Assembly: GCA_029268475.1 (NCBI GenBank)
Contig: JAQWNR010000022.1
Location: 29,882-93,881 of the forward strand
Direction: 5' to 3'
From: Porticoccaceae bacterium
GTDB taxonomy: Bacteria > Pseudomonadota > Gammaproteobacteria > Pseudomonadales > Porticoccaceae
Length of the DNA: 64,000 bases
Shown here: positions 1 to 10,732 of the stretch, piece after piece
Layout of the letters: each line of letters starts with the position of its first letter
Position numbering within the stretch: position 1 is the stretch's first letter
The notes under the pieces: model-generated
Seen by the model: the letters and a program-made list of their open reading frames with translations, nothing else
Databases searched by the model: none
What the model was told of the DNA's origin: nothing
Program-made: the position numbers and the translations under genes

Positions 1-1389
1 AAGCTCCTTATCTTCATCAGTATAACGAAGAGAGCCATTTATATTGACGCTATCCGAGATATCGTATCCAGCCTGACCATAAACAGCCCAAGTAGTTGTT
101 TCTTGTGAATAACTGTTGGTGACTAGATCGAATGGGACATATTCAATTTGATAAAGCGTGGTTATATCAGCACTTGTCATTGTATCGTTGGTATCTTTTG
201 CATAGGTCGCACCGGCGAGCCACGACAGAGGACCGTCATTGTTCGATATTAGACGAAATTCCTGAGACCACTGCTCGATGGTTGCGTCGTGATCTTTATA
301 CCCTTCTTTACTCTGCACAAGTGCAAGGGGCGTACCGTCATAATCGAAGCTCTGGATGTAATCAAAATCTAAAAAAGAGGAGATCGATACCAGACTGGCA
401 TAACCCAGGTCTTTATCTACACTCAACGTAATACCGGTCCATTCATTATCCAGCTCATTGATCGGATTTGATAAAACTACCGAACCATTTTCAGTTTGGT
501 CTGATGGCAATCTAGGATCTCCTAGCAGATTGTGCATACCAACGCAGGTCGTCTCGTCTCTCCGACCGGCCATAATCGCATCGCAGGGATTAAAAGAACC
601 GTCAGGGTTATAGAAGCCATTGCCACGGCCCAGCATTGTTTCAGATTTATCTCGACCTATATCGGCTTTAAATAAAATCTCTAAGTCATCCGATGGTGAA
701 TATAACAACTGCCCACGAAAGGCTAGAGAATCACGATCGCCGTGATCATCATCCTCTGCCGTTGCCAGAGAATCTTGCCAACCGCCGCCATGATCTCGCT
801 GCATAGCGATACGAACCGCGACATCTTCTGATAACGGTGCATTATAGGCAGCCTCGACTAAGGTGCCGCCATAACGCCCTTCATGGCCAATACTCACGTA
901 GCCTTCAGATTCTGCTAAGTTGGGTCGATTAGAAACTATTCTTACAGCACCACCAGTGGTGTTACGTCCATACAGACCACCTTGGGGGCCTTTAAGAACC
1001 TCGACACGTTCAATATCGTATAAGCCAATACCACCCAATGCATTTGATGTCATATAGGCTTCATCATAATAAATGGCCGCAGTGGGGGTATTGTTGGCAT
1101 TAAAGTCCGCTAGACCAACACCGCGAATAACCCAAGTAGGCTGGCCTGCTCCACGATCATCAAAAAGTGCAACACCAGGAACAAAATTTGTTAGGTTTTC
1201 TAGAGAGTCTGCGCCAATTTCCGCCAGTGCAGCGTTATCGAAAGCGCTTATTGCTATCGGCACATCTTGAATACTTTGCTCACGCTTATTTGCTGTAACA
1301 ATAATTTCTTCGATATCAGCCTGGGCCGTAAACGGTGTGACGACACCCGCTATGGCTATGGCAATTAGATTTTTTTGTATAAATTTCAT
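1..1389 (-). CDS. TonB-dependent outer-membrane receptor, first 463 codons (gene runs off the window start)
   Basis: Own translation of the minus strand from ATG at 1389. It gives signal peptide MKFIQKNLIAIAIAGVVTPFTAQA, then plug-domain motifs IEEIIVTANKREQSIQDVPIAISAF and VEVLKGPQGGLYGRNTTGGAVRIVS. The frame stays open to base 1. It is absent from the ORF track because there is no stop in the window. Confidence 0.85.
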   Translation of the reverse strand, partial: MKFIQKNLIAIAIAGVVTPFTAQADIEEIIVTANKREQSIQDVPIAISAFDNAALAEIGADSLENLTNFVPGVALFDDRGAGQPTWVIRGVGLADFNANNTPTAAIYYDEAYMTSNALGGIGLYDIERVEVLKGPQGGLYGRNTTGGAVRIVSNRPNLAESEGYVSIGHEGRYGGTLVEAAYNAPLSEDVAVRIAMQRDHGGGWQDSLATAEDDDHGDRDSLAFRGQLLYSPSDDLEILFKADIGRDKSETMLGRGNGFYNPDGSFNPCDAIMAGRRDETTCVGMHNLLGDPRLPSDQTENGSVVLSNPINELDNEWTGITLSVDKDLGYASLVSISSFLDFDYIQSFDYDGTPLALVQSKEGYKDHDATIEQWSQEFRLISNNDGPLSWLAGATYAKDTNDTMTSADITTLYQIEYVPFDLVTNSYSQETTTWAVYGQAGYDISDSVNINGSLRYTDEDKEL

Positions 1390-1523
1390 TTTCCACCCCT
1401 TGTATATATTTATAAGCTAGCATTAATTCTTTACAGACCTGTTAAAAATAATGCTTTTATACAGCTCTGTCAATATTATTCATGTTTGGATTAATAACTG
1501 TCAAACGACATGCCCAGACTAAT

Positions 1524-1559
1524 ACCTGTTAAGTCACCTGTCAAATGACCTGTCAAGCT
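1524..1559. repeat. Three tandem 12-bp units ACCTGT(T/C)AANNN in the receptor/xseA intergenic region
   Basis: Read directly as acctgttaagtc / acctgtcaaatg / acctgtcaagct. Two more same-orientation CTGTCAA copies lie at 1467-1473 and 1498-1504. On the receptor-sense strand the core reads TTGACAGGT. Confidence 0.8.
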
Positions 1560-1692
1560 GCACGCCCTCCAACACCTCGCAATACCCAGAATAAACGCCT
1601 AGTTAGTCGCTATAGCTATTAAACTTATCAAAGACCTAAATTTAGCCCCCTAAACAGTGACTTAGGACTATCACTATCTCTACAATAGCGCC

Positions 1693-3042
1693 ATGCACAA
1701 TAATCCTTCCGACAGACAGATCTATAGCGTCAGCCAGCTGAATCGCAGCGTCCGTCATCTGCTAGAAACGCAACTGCCGCTACTTTGGGTCGAAGGCGAG
1801 ATATCCAACTTTGCCCGCCCTGCCTCTGGTCACTGGTATCTCAGTTTGAAGGACGAACAGGCGCAGGTGCGCTGCGCTATGTTTCGCAATGCCAACCAGC
1901 GGGTCAATTTCCAGCCCAGTAATGGCACGCAGATCTTGGTGCGTTGTCGCGCTGGGCTCTATGAGGGGCGCGGTGAATATCAGCTGATTATCGAACATAT
2001 GGAAGAGGCTGGCTTTGGCGCCTTGCAGCGGAAATTTGAGCAACTTAAGCAACAACTGAGCAATGAGGGCCTGTTTGATAACCAGCATAAACGGCCAATG
2101 CCAACCTCAGTAAGCCATATTGGTGTTATCACCTCGGCAACGGGTGCTGCCGTCAAGGATATCCTCTCCGTATTACATCGACGTTTTCCTGCCATCAAAG
2201 TCAGTATTTTTCCTACCGCGGTGCAGGGCGAGCAAGCGGCAGCACAGATTATTGATGCTCTGGCCATGGCCAATCAACAGGGCCAGTGCGATGCCCTAAT
2301 TGTCGGTCGTGGCGGTGGTTCGCTAGAGGATCTCTGGCCATTTAATGAGGAATCTGTTGCTCGCGCGATATTTAACAGTGAAATTTCCATTGTTAGTGCG
2401 GTGGGACACGAGGTGGATTTTACCATCGCTGATTTTGTCGCCGATCTGCGGGCGCCAACACCCTCCGCGGCGGCGGAGCTGCTAAGCCCCGATGGAGAGG
2501 ACTTACTTAATCAGTTTATGGGGTTTGAAGTACTGCTCAGCGAGGCGTTAATACGCATCATTAGACAGCTAGAGCAACGTACAGACTATTTACAAAAACG
2601 CCTGCAGCATCCCGGCAAAAAGTTACAGCAACAGAGCCAGCATATGGCGCACCTGCAGATTAGACTGCAGCGCGCGATCGCAGGTCAGTTACAGCAGCAA
2701 CGCGCGACCATCGATCAATTACAGAATAAGCTGCTCGGTCAAAGTCCTGAGCAAACTATCAGCCATGGTCAACAGCGTATTACACAGTCGGTTAAGCAAT
2801 TGATGCGCTCAATACAACAACAGCTTGCAGCCAAACAGACTAAAACCAATCAAGCCATGCATTTACTGGATACCGTTAGCCCATTGAGCACATTGGGACG
2901 CGGCTACGCCATTATCCGCGATCAACACAACACAGTGATCAAAACGGTCAACGAGGTCAGCGCAGGCGATCAGTTAACCGGTCAACTCGCCGATGGTGAA
3001 ATTGTGGTCTCGGTAAGTGCAACCACTACCAAAACATTATAG
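1693..3042 (+). CDS. xseA: Exodeoxyribonuclease VII large subunit
   Basis: 449 aa. The N-terminal OB-fold region YSVSQLNRSVRHLLE...LWVEGEISNF...SGHWYLSLKD, the catalytic region and the long Q-rich coiled-coil tail are typical of XseA. Confidence 0.9.
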   Translation: MHNNPSDRQIYSVSQLNRSVRHLLETQLPLLWVEGEISNFARPASGHWYLSLKDEQAQVRCAMFRNANQRVNFQPSNGTQILVRCRAGLYEGRGEYQLIIEHMEEAGFGALQRKFEQLKQQLSNEGLFDNQHKRPMPTSVSHIGVITSATGAAVKDILSVLHRRFPAIKVSIFPTAVQGEQAAAQIIDALAMANQQGQCDALIVGRGGGSLEDLWPFNEESVARAIFNSEISIVSAVGHEVDFTIADFVADLRAPTPSAAAELLSPDGEDLLNQFMGFEVLLSEALIRIIRQLEQRTDYLQKRLQHPGKKLQQQSQHMAHLQIRLQRAIAGQLQQQRATIDQLQNKLLGQSPEQTISHGQQRITQSVKQLMRSIQQQLAAKQTKTNQAMHLLDTVSPLSTLGRGYAIIRDQHNTVIKTVNEVSAGDQLTGQLADGEIVVSVSATTTKTL

Positions 3043-3065
3043 AGATCTGTTTTGGTCCAGCCTGT

Positions 3066-4265
3066 TTAGTTGGCCAAGGCCTGGTCTAGGTCGGCAATAA
3101 TATCCTCAACCGCTTCAAGCCCTGCAGAGATACGCACCAACCCTTCGCTAATACCATGCTCAGCGCGCTCTTGCAGAGTATATGTAGAATGGGTCATGCT
3201 GGCTGGATGTTGTACTAAGGTCTCGGCATCACCCAAACTAACCGCCAACTTGGCCAGCTTAAGGTTATTCAACATGCTAACAGCCGCCTCGTAGCCGCCT
3301 TTTAGTTCTAGTGCAATCATGCCGCCAAAACCGTCCATCTGGAGACTGGCAAGTTGATGCCATGGGTCATTTTTTAGCCCCGGATAACATACCTGATCAA
3401 CAGCAGGATGTTGTTCTAGCATTTCAGCGATAGCCTGGGCATTTTGGCAATGACGCTCCATACGTAACTGCAATGTTTTGATGCCACGCAAAATAAGAAA
3501 CACATTTAACGGGGCAATCACTGCACCGGTCATATCCTTTAAACCATAGACCCGTATCTGCTCAATGGTTGCGGCATCAGCGACCACCGCACCCGCAATA
3601 AGATCGCCATGACCACCGAGATACTTGGTCGCTGAATGCACCACAATATCGGCACCCAAAGTTAATGGCCGCTGCAGTGCCGGTGTGCAGTAGGTGTTAT
3701 CCACCATACACTTTATGGCGGGATTATAGCTTTTAGCTAAGGCACTAACGGTGGCAATATCGATCACTCGCATCGTGGGATTGACCGGCGTTTCAAAATA
3801 CAGCAACTTGGTGTGCTCAGTCAGATTAGCCTGTATTTCCTCAGGATCACTAAAATCGGCAAAACAAATATCCACACCAAACTTTTTTAGCCCATGCTGC
3901 ATAAAGGCAAACGTGCAACCATAGACGGTCTTATCCACCAGCAACTGATCACCCGGCGCCAATAATGTCCACAGAGTGGCGGTAATCGCGCCAATGCCAG
4001 ACGCAGTAGCTAGAGCCGCCTCGCCCTCTTCCAAGTCGGCCAGTCTTGCTTCTAAAATGGCCTGCGTCGGGTTGGAAATACGACTGTAGAAATGTCCCGG
4101 CTGCTCCCCTGAAAAACGTCCTGCTCCTTGCGCCACAGTATCAAAAGTAAATGTCGAGGACATAACGATAGGGGGATTGAGTGCACCCTCATGATCACTA
4201 CTGTTATAGCCGGCATGAACAGAGCGAGTAGCAAAGGATAGCTTGGTATTTTTATCTGCAGACAT
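3066..4265 (-). CDS. PLP-dependent Cys/Met-metabolism enzyme, methionine gamma-lyase-like
   Basis: 399 aa. It has FATRSVHAG at the N-terminus and the PLP-lysine motif HSATKYLGGHGD. It lies divergent from an Lrp/AsnC regulator, as in the mdeA/mdeR arrangement of P. putida. Confidence 0.75.
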   Translation of the reverse strand: MSADKNTKLSFATRSVHAGYNSSDHEGALNPPIVMSSTFTFDTVAQGAGRFSGEQPGHFYSRISNPTQAILEARLADLEEGEAALATASGIGAITATLWTLLAPGDQLLVDKTVYGCTFAFMQHGLKKFGVDICFADFSDPEEIQANLTEHTKLLYFETPVNPTMRVIDIATVSALAKSYNPAIKCMVDNTYCTPALQRPLTLGADIVVHSATKYLGGHGDLIAGAVVADAATIEQIRVYGLKDMTGAVIAPLNVFLILRGIKTLQLRMERHCQNAQAIAEMLEQHPAVDQVCYPGLKNDPWHQLASLQMDGFGGMIALELKGGYEAAVSMLNNLKLAKLAVSLGDAETLVQHPASMTHSTYTLQERAEHGISEGLVRISAGLEAVEDIIADLDQALAN

Positions 4266-4391
4266 AACATTTAGTCCGGATTATTTTAGGCTATCGTAAC
4301 CCTATTAAATGGGTTAAATCTCCTTTTTAAATTTGCCGAATGGGCAATAAATAGCTATATTCACTACAATAAATAATTTTTTAGGTGAATT

Positions 4392-4871
4392 ATGCTAACT
4401 ACAAAACTTGACGCTATGGATCGTCGTATTCTTGAACAGATTCAGGCTGACGGCAGCATCAGCAATCTAGAACTAGCCGAACGTGTTGGTCTATCTCCCT
4501 CCCCTTGTGCACGCAGAGTAAAACTACTTCAAGAGAGCGGTATTATCAGCCGCCAAATTACCCTGCTTGATCAGAACAAATTAGGGTTACCCATCAGCAT
4601 CTATATTTCCGTAAGCCTAGATCACCAGAGCCCCGATCGTCTGAGCAATTTTGATAATAAGATCAGTGGCTGGCCAGAGGTTATTGAATGTTCATTGATT
4701 ACCGGCAGCGACACAGACTACCTGCTTAAAGTGGTTATGCCAGATATGGACTATTACCAGCGGTTTTTACTCGATAAGCTTAATCAAGTTGAAGGGGTCA
4801 GTAGCATTAGGACTAGTTTTGTCTTGCGCCGAGTACTACAGAGAACAGAGATGCCGCTACATCATATTTAG
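4392..4871 (+). CDS. Lrp/AsnC-family transcriptional regulator
   Basis: 159 aa. LDAMDRRILEQIQADGSISNLELAERVGLSPSPCARRVKLLQESGII is the canonical HTH_AsnC region, followed by a RAM effector domain. Confidence 0.9.
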   Translation: MLTTKLDAMDRRILEQIQADGSISNLELAERVGLSPSPCARRVKLLQESGIISRQITLLDQNKLGLPISIYISVSLDHQSPDRLSNFDNKISGWPEVIECSLITGSDTDYLLKVVMPDMDYYQRFLLDKLNQVEGVSSIRTSFVLRRVLQRTEMPLHHI

Positions 4872-4894
4872 TCAGCTAGCCAATCGCTAAGTGA

Positions 4895-6304
4895 TTATTT
4901 GCGTTTATTGACTGGATCATTGCGTTTGCTGTACTTCACCACTTTTTTGCGCTTCACCGCCTGCTTATCCTTGGCTTTTATCGCTTTGGTTTTATAGGGG
5001 TTATCACCGGTGCGGTATTCCACCTTAACTGGCGTACCATGTAAGCCCAACTCACGACGGAATATTTTTTCTAGATAGCGAGTGTATTGGGCTGGAACCG
5101 ATTCGGTCTGATTACCATGAATAATAATCACCGGTGGGTTGCGGCCACCGGCATGGGCGAAACGCAATTTAATCCGCCGGCCGTGCACCATCGGTGGCTG
5201 ATGCTCCTCTACCGCACCCTCCAATACCTTGGTTAAGCGCGATGCACTCAATGTATCCGTTGCCGCCGAATAAGCCGCACCGATTGAGTCATAGAGGTTG
5301 CCCACGCCAGTGCCATGCAGTGCCGAAATAAAGTGCACATCAGCGAACTCAGCAAAACGTAGGCGGCGTTTAATATCTGCTTTTATTTTCTCGCGCTGCT
5401 CCGGTGCTAGTCCATCCCACTTATTGATGCCAACCACCAAGCCGCGACCCGCATCGATAACCGATCCCATCAGGTGCAAATCCTGCTCTACCAATCCCTC
5501 TTGAGCATCTACAAGCAATATCACAACATTGGCATCATCAATGGCCTGCAGCGTTTTAACAATGGAGAATTTCTCTACCGCTAATTTAATATTTTTGCGC
5601 TTACGAATGCCGGCGGTATCAATTAATGTGTACTCTTGACCATGGCGCTCGTAGTCAATATAGACACTGTCCCTTGTAGTGCCGGCCTCATCATAGACGA
5701 CCACGCGATCTTCACCCAGCAGACGGTTAACCAGTGTCGACTTACCCACATTGGGGCGACCCACTACACCGATCTTAATACTGTTTAAACCGCTATTATC
5801 TGGCTCAACATATTCTGGGAATGGCTCGAGGAGCTCCTCCATCATTGAGCGCACACCACGACCGTGGGTTGCGGTAGTCGGAAACATGCCGGAGAAGCCT
5901 AACTGATAAAAATCAGCCAGTGCTTCCGCCGGATCCAAGCCATCGATTTTATTGGCGACCAAATAAACTTTGCGGTTTTTCTGCCGCAGTTTCTCAGCGA
6001 TCATATAGTCCGCCGCTATAATCCCGGAACGGCAGTCGACAATAAACAGGACAATATCGGCCTCATCCATCGCCAGTAACGACTGTTCGGCCATTCCCGC
6101 ATCAATACCCTGCTCCTCGCCACTAATACCACCAGTATCGATAACCATAAAACGCCGGTTATACATTTCTCCATCACCGTACTTACGGTCGCGGGTCAAA
6201 CCGGAATAATTGGCCACCAATGCATCTCGACTGCGTGTGAGCCGATTAAACAAAGTCGATTTACCAACATTGGGGCGCCCCACTAGGGCGATAACAGGGA
6301 TCAT
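4895..6304 (-). CDS. der: Ribosome-associated GTPase Der (EngA), tandem GTPase domains
   Basis: Two G domains are present: [19 protein letters not shown] and [19 protein letters not shown]. There is a basic KH-like C-terminal tail. I prefer the start at MIPVIALVG (6304); the longest ORF starts at 6367. Confidence 0.9.
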   Translation of the reverse strand: MIPVIALVGRPNVGKSTLFNRLTRSRDALVANYSGLTRDRKYGDGEMYNRRFMVIDTGGISGEEQGIDAGMAEQSLLAMDEADIVLFIVDCRSGIIAADYMIAEKLRQKNRKVYLVANKIDGLDPAEALADFYQLGFSGMFPTTATHGRGVRSMMEELLEPFPEYVEPDNSGLNSIKIGVVGRPNVGKSTLVNRLLGEDRVVVYDEAGTTRDSVYIDYERHGQEYTLIDTAGIRKRKNIKLAVEKFSIVKTLQAIDDANVVILLVDAQEGLVEQDLHLMGSVIDAGRGLVVGINKWDGLAPEQREKIKADIKRRLRFAEFADVHFISALHGTGVGNLYDSIGAAYSAATDTLSASRLTKVLEGAVEEHQPPMVHGRRIKLRFAHAGGRNPPVIIIHGNQTESVPAQYTRYLEKIFRRELGLHGTPVKVEYRTGDNPYKTKAIKAKDKQAVKRKKVVKYSKRNDPVNKRK

Positions 6305-6469
6305 AAAATAAGGCGATGCCGCAGGATTTAGTTGCGGCATTTTACTGTAGTTTGCTGTGCTTAACACCCTAGAATATTGGGTTTAATTAACATGCAATAT
6401 CAATAGCTTCATTAACCCATCATAGCTTTTGCGCGTCATTGCCATAGTTAGCATCTGAGTGCGGACAGA

Positions 6470-7411
6470 TCACCAGGGCAAGGCATCCAAATCAACATTA
6501 CCGCCAGTAAGAATTATCGCCACGCGCTTACCCTGAAACTGCTCTGGTTGATCCATGATGGCAGCTAACGGCACAGCACAGGATGGCTCTACGATAACCT
6601 TAAGCCGCGTCCAAATCAGCCGCATTGCTTCAATAATCCGCGCTTCAGAGCAGAGCAAAATATCATCTACCGACTCACGGATAACATCAAAGTTACGCAC
6701 CCCCACAGTGGCCCGCAAACCATCGGCAATGGTGTTGGGAGTAAACTCAGCTAGCCTACTACCGCGATTAAAGCCCAACCAAGCATCATTGGCTTGCTCT
6801 GGTTCCGCGCCGATCACCTGCGCACTGGACAGCGCTTTAACACAGATACCTGTGCCACCTAGCAGACCCCCTCCACCAATGGGTGCCATAACAATATCCA
6901 CCGGCTGTTCAATCTGTTCAAGTAGCTCCAACGCTGCCGTGCCCTGCCCAGCAATAATTACATCACTATCATAGGGGTGGACCAGATTTAAGCTGTGCTC
7001 TGCGATCAGTTGAGTTACGGTATCTTCCCGCGCCGCCATGGTCGGCTGACAAATTTCAATCGTCGCGCCATAGCCGGCCACCGCGGCTTTTTTAACCTCA
7101 GGGGCATTGCTGGGCATAACCACTGTGCATGGGCTATTTTTAAGTGCCGCGGCCCACGCCAGTGCAGCACCATGGTTACCCGACGAATGGGTGATGACGC
7201 CTTGCTGCATAATCGCATTATCCATTGAAACAACGGCATTACAGGCACCACGGGCTTTAAAGGCACCAATTTTCTGTAAATTTTCGGCTTTAAAAAATAA
7301 CTCACAACCAATGATTTTATTGAGTGCACGACTCTGCAGAACGGGCGTGCAGTGGATATATGGCTGTATGCGTTTATGCGCCTGTTGAATATCGTCAATG
7401 GTTATGTTCAT
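6470..7411 (-). CDS. PLP-dependent serine/threonine dehydratase family enzyme (serine racemase / hydroxyaspartate ammonia-lyase-like)
   Basis: 313 aa. It has the PLP lysine motif KIGAFKARGA, HSSGNHG and a G-rich loop PIGGGGLLGG. Confidence 0.75.
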   Translation of the reverse strand: MNITIDDIQQAHKRIQPYIHCTPVLQSRALNKIIGCELFFKAENLQKIGAFKARGACNAVVSMDNAIMQQGVITHSSGNHGAALAWAAALKNSPCTVVMPSNAPEVKKAAVAGYGATIEICQPTMAAREDTVTQLIAEHSLNLVHPYDSDVIIAGQGTAALELLEQIEQPVDIVMAPIGGGGLLGGTGICVKALSSAQVIGAEPEQANDAWLGFNRGSRLAEFTPNTIADGLRATVGVRNFDVIRESVDDILLCSEARIIEAMRLIWTRLKVIVEPSCAVPLAAIMDQPEQFQGKRVAIILTGGNVDLDALPW

Positions 7412-7500
7412 TGCGCCAGTTTAGTCGAAACAGGCACTATCTGGCGACTAAAACTATTGCCTAACGATCTAACCAGTAAGATCAAAACAGGCTGAGTAGT

Positions 7501-7536
7501 TTATCTCCGCAAATACCCGAGCATCTGCGGAGATAA
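7501..7536 (-). terminator. Perfect 11-bp stem hairpin 30 nt downstream of argG
   Basis: ttatctccgca-N14-tgcggagataa read directly. There is no clear U-run, so its role as a terminator is uncertain. Confidence 0.35.
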
Positions 7537-7566
7537 GTGTTGGAGAGAATGGGTTTGAGGATAGAT

Positions 7567-8781
7567 TTACAGCTTGCGACCTCTATTGGCAGCAATCCTT
7601 AAGCGCAAGGCATTAAGCTTAATAAAGCCCTCGGCATCTGCCTGATCATAGGCACCGCCATCATCGTCAAAGGTAGCGATATTGGCATCGAACAAACTAT
7701 CGTCTGATCTGCGCCCGACAACAGTCACATTGCCTTTATACAGTTTAATCCGCACCTCGCCATTGACCACATCCTGACTTTGGTCGATAGCGCTTTGCAA
7801 CATCAAACGCTCGGGTGCCCACCAGTAGCCGTTGTAGATAAGCTTGGCATAACGCGGCATTAGCTCATCCTTCATATGCGCCACTTCGCGATCCAGCGTC
7901 AATGACTCTATAGCGCGGTGTGCTTTCATCATCACAGTGCCGGCGGGCGTTTCATAACAGCCACGCGACTTCATGCCCACATAACGATTTTCAACAATAT
8001 CCAAACGTCCAACGCCATTGGCACCGGCCACCTTATTTAAATATTCAATCACCGTTGCCGCGGACATTGCCTCACCATCAATAGCGACAATATCTCCCTT
8101 GTGGTAAGTCAGCGTTAGATAGGTCGCCTGATCTGGCGCCTGTTCCGGAGAGACTGTCCAGCGCCACATTTCATCCTCGGCTTCTGACCATGGGTCTTCG
8201 AGATTGCCGCCCTCATAAGAGATATGCAATAAGTTGGCGTCCATGGAGAAAGGAGACTTTTTGCCACGCTTCATTTCCACAGGAATTTTATGCTGCGCAC
8301 AGTAGTCCATCAGCTTATCGCGAGAATTTAAGTCCCATTCACGCCATGGCGCAATCACTTTAATGCCGGGCTTTAATGCATAGGCGCCCAGTTCAAAACG
8401 CACCTGATCATTACCTTTACCGGTGGCGCCATGAGAAATAGCATCAGCGCCAGTTTGATTGGCAATTTCAATCAGTCGTTTAGCGATTAAAGGGCGCGCA
8501 ATGGAAGTGCCGAGTAAATACTCACCCTCATAAATGGTATTGGCGCGAAACATAGGAAACACATAGTCGCGGGCATACTCTTCGCGCAGATCATCGATAT
8601 AAATTTCTTTAACCCCCAGAGCCTCGGCTTTGGCGCGCGCAGGCTCTACCTCCTCGCCCTGACCGATATCGGCGGTGAAGGTAACCACCTCACATTGATA
8701 CTCTTCCTGCAGCCATTTCACAATTACTGAGGTATCTAGGCCGCCCGAATAGGCGAGTACGACTTTATTAACCGATGACAC
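7567..8781 (-). CDS. argG: Argininosuccinate synthase
   Basis: 404 aa. It has the N-terminal ATP-binding motif [13 protein letters not shown] and [15 protein letters not shown]. Confidence 0.95.
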   Translation of the reverse strand: MSSVNKVVLAYSGGLDTSVIVKWLQEEYQCEVVTFTADIGQGEEVEPARAKAEALGVKEIYIDDLREEYARDYVFPMFRANTIYEGEYLLGTSIARPLIAKRLIEIANQTGADAISHGATGKGNDQVRFELGAYALKPGIKVIAPWREWDLNSRDKLMDYCAQHKIPVEMKRGKKSPFSMDANLLHISYEGGNLEDPWSEAEDEMWRWTVSPEQAPDQATYLTLTYHKGDIVAIDGEAMSAATVIEYLNKVAGANGVGRLDIVENRYVGMKSRGCYETPAGTVMMKAHRAIESLTLDREVAHMKDELMPRYAKLIYNGYWWAPERLMLQSAIDQSQDVVNGEVRIKLYKGNVTVVGRRSDDSLFDANIATFDDDGGAYDQADAEGFIKLNALRLRIAANRGRKL

Positions 8782-8850
8782 GTTGCATAATCCTGTACTG
8801 GGAAATTTAAGGCGGCAATTTTACATTAATTTATCCGGCTTGTGTGTCGT

Positions 8851-9618
8851 TTAGCGTTGTAACTGCTTGATGATACCAAGTTCGCCATTATCAAATAATT
8901 GATAACCCTGATCGGCAAAGCTTTTCAACAGAGGCGCGTCGGGAAAACTGTAATAACCCGCCTCACCTAACTGCGCACGGGCACTTAGCGCTTTACCCTC
9001 CTGTAATGTCGTTACTGCTGAGACGATCTGCTGACAACCAGCAGAATATAGTTGCAATGTATTAAGTAAATAAGACTGCTGAAGATTAAGCGGCCGTTTG
9101 GCAATCGAAATAATATCACCATTATCGATACCGCTATTTTGAATAAAATGCAGTGTCGAACCAATTTCAGCCCGTTGATCAAGCATCGCTCTAAAGGTTG
9201 CCATAACACCGCGGTAGTCGGGTAACAGACCAGAGTGCAAATTGATGACACCGTATTTCGCTAGGTTAATCACTTGATCACCGATAATCAGGCCAAAGCG
9301 AATCGATACAATCAACTCTGGCTCTGTCGCCTTGATACGTGCCAGCCCCTCAACACTGTTAACGCGGTTAGCGATATCAGTAAATCCTTGCAAATAACAA
9401 CCTGCCTGCGCGGCCAAGTCATCAAAACTGTGGTCACTAGATGCCATAATATCTTGTTCAAACTTTGCCAGTGCCAGTAGTGGTGACGCAAGATACTCAT
9501 CTTTACCGACTTTTTCCGAGATAAAGATCGACAGCTTATGATCACTGAGTTGGCTGATAAGCCGACTTAACGCTAGGTGGCTGGCAAGATCTCGATTGGT
9601 CAGTAGGGTAATTTTCAT
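8851..9618 (-). CDS. Stand-alone formyltransferase-family protein (Formyl_trans_N-like), substrate unknown
   Basis: The motif [15 protein letters not shown] matches the catalytic HxSLLPxxRG signature of Fmt/PurN-type formyltransferases. The start is taken at MKITLLT (9618); the longest ORF starts at 9669. Confidence 0.6.
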   Translation of the reverse strand: MKITLLTNRDLASHLALSRLISQLSDHKLSIFISEKVGKDEYLASPLLALAKFEQDIMASSDHSFDDLAAQAGCYLQGFTDIANRVNSVEGLARIKATEPELIVSIRFGLIIGDQVINLAKYGVINLHSGLLPDYRGVMATFRAMLDQRAEIGSTLHFIQNSGIDNGDIISIAKRPLNLQQSYLLNTLQLYSAGCQQIVSAVTTLQEGKALSARAQLGEAGYYSFPDAPLLKSFADQGYQLFDNGELGIIKQLQR

Positions 9619-9697
9619 GGGCTTACTTTTCCATAAATACTCGTATGACGCCAGCATTTCCGGTAGCATTCAACTGTCAACAACGGACCCTCTTTCC

Positions 9698-10732
9698 ATG
9701 GATCAAATCAGCCTTATTTTGCCGGACGACTGGCACCTCCATCTGCGTGATGACCGCGCACTAGAAACTTCTGTGCCGGCGGCGGCCCGCGGTTTTGGGC
9801 GCGGTATTATTATGCCTAACCTAACCCCGCCGGTAACCACCGTTGCCCAAGCGGCGGCATACAAAGAGCGCATACTGGCGCAACGCCCCGAAGGGTCGGA
9901 TTGGGAACCACTTATGGTGCTCTACCTGACCGACAATACTGACCCCGCGGAAATTCGCGCAGCTAAAGACTGCGGCTTTATTCAGGGGTGCAAATACTAC
10001 CCTGCCGGTGCCACCACCAACTCAGATTCCGGTGTCACCGATCTCGCCAATATCAGCGCTGTACTAGAGACCATGCAAGAAGTCGGAATGATCTTGCAAT
10101 TGCATGGAGAGGTGACAACCAATGAAATTGATATCTTTGATCGCGAGGCAGAATTTATCGATCGTCATCTGCGTGGTCTCGTGGCTCAGTATCCCGATCT
10201 AAAAATAATCTTCGAACATATCACCACAGCGCAGGCGGCCCAATTTGTCGCCGATGCCGGTGATAATGTTGCCGCCACTATCACGCCGCAACATTTATTA
10301 TTTAATCGCAATGATATGTTGGTCGGTGGTATTCGCCCGCACTTGTTTTGCTTACCTATTTTAAAACGTGATATTCATCAGCAGGCACTGATAGAAGCCG
10401 CCACCAGTGGCGATCCGTCATTTTTTCTCGGTACCGATTCTGCACCGCATATTCAGGGTCGCAAAGAAAGCGCTTGTGGTTGTGCCGGCTGTTTTAGTCA
10501 TCATGCAGCGATTGAACTCTATGCAGAGGTATTCGACCAAGCCGGTGCACTGGATAAGCTAGAGAGCTTTGCCAGCGTCTATGGTGCTGACTTTTATAAT
10601 CTGCCACGTAACAGCCGTAAAATCACCTTACGGCGTCAATCTTGGCAACTGCCCGAGGCTATACCTTTTGATGGCTCGCAGTTAATACCACTCGGTGCTG
10701 GCACGCACCTAAACTGGCAGTTGAGTCTGTAA
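9698..10732 (+). CDS. pyrC: Dihydroorotase (class II, E. coli type)
   Basis: The N-terminus is [18 protein letters not shown], matching the DWHLHLRD metal-binding motif. The start is trimmed to ATG 9698, giving 344 aa (E. coli PyrC is of similar length). Confidence 0.9.
   Translation: MDQISLILPDDWHLHLRDDRALETSVPAAARGFGRGIIMPNLTPPVTTVAQAAAYKERILAQRPEGSDWEPLMVLYLTDNTDPAEIRAAKDCGFIQGCKYYPAGATTNSDSGVTDLANISAVLETMQEVGMILQLHGEVTTNEIDIFDREAEFIDRHLRGLVAQYPDLKIIFEHITTAQAAQFVADAGDNVAATITPQHLLFNRNDMLVGGIRPHLFCLPILKRDIHQQALIEAATSGDPSFFLGTDSAPHIQGRKESACGCAGCFSHHAAIELYAEVFDQAGALDKLESFASVYGADFYNLPRNSRKITLRRQSWQLPEAIPFDGSQLIPLGAGTHLNWQLSL

Noticed and set aside
1390-1692. Cobalamin riboswitch or Fur box controlling the TonB-dependent receptor
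   Set aside because: I saw no B12-box-like GCCACTG element on the receptor-sense strand. AT-rich stretches such as caatattattcat match the Fur consensus only weakly. Only the CTGTCAA repeat array stands out.
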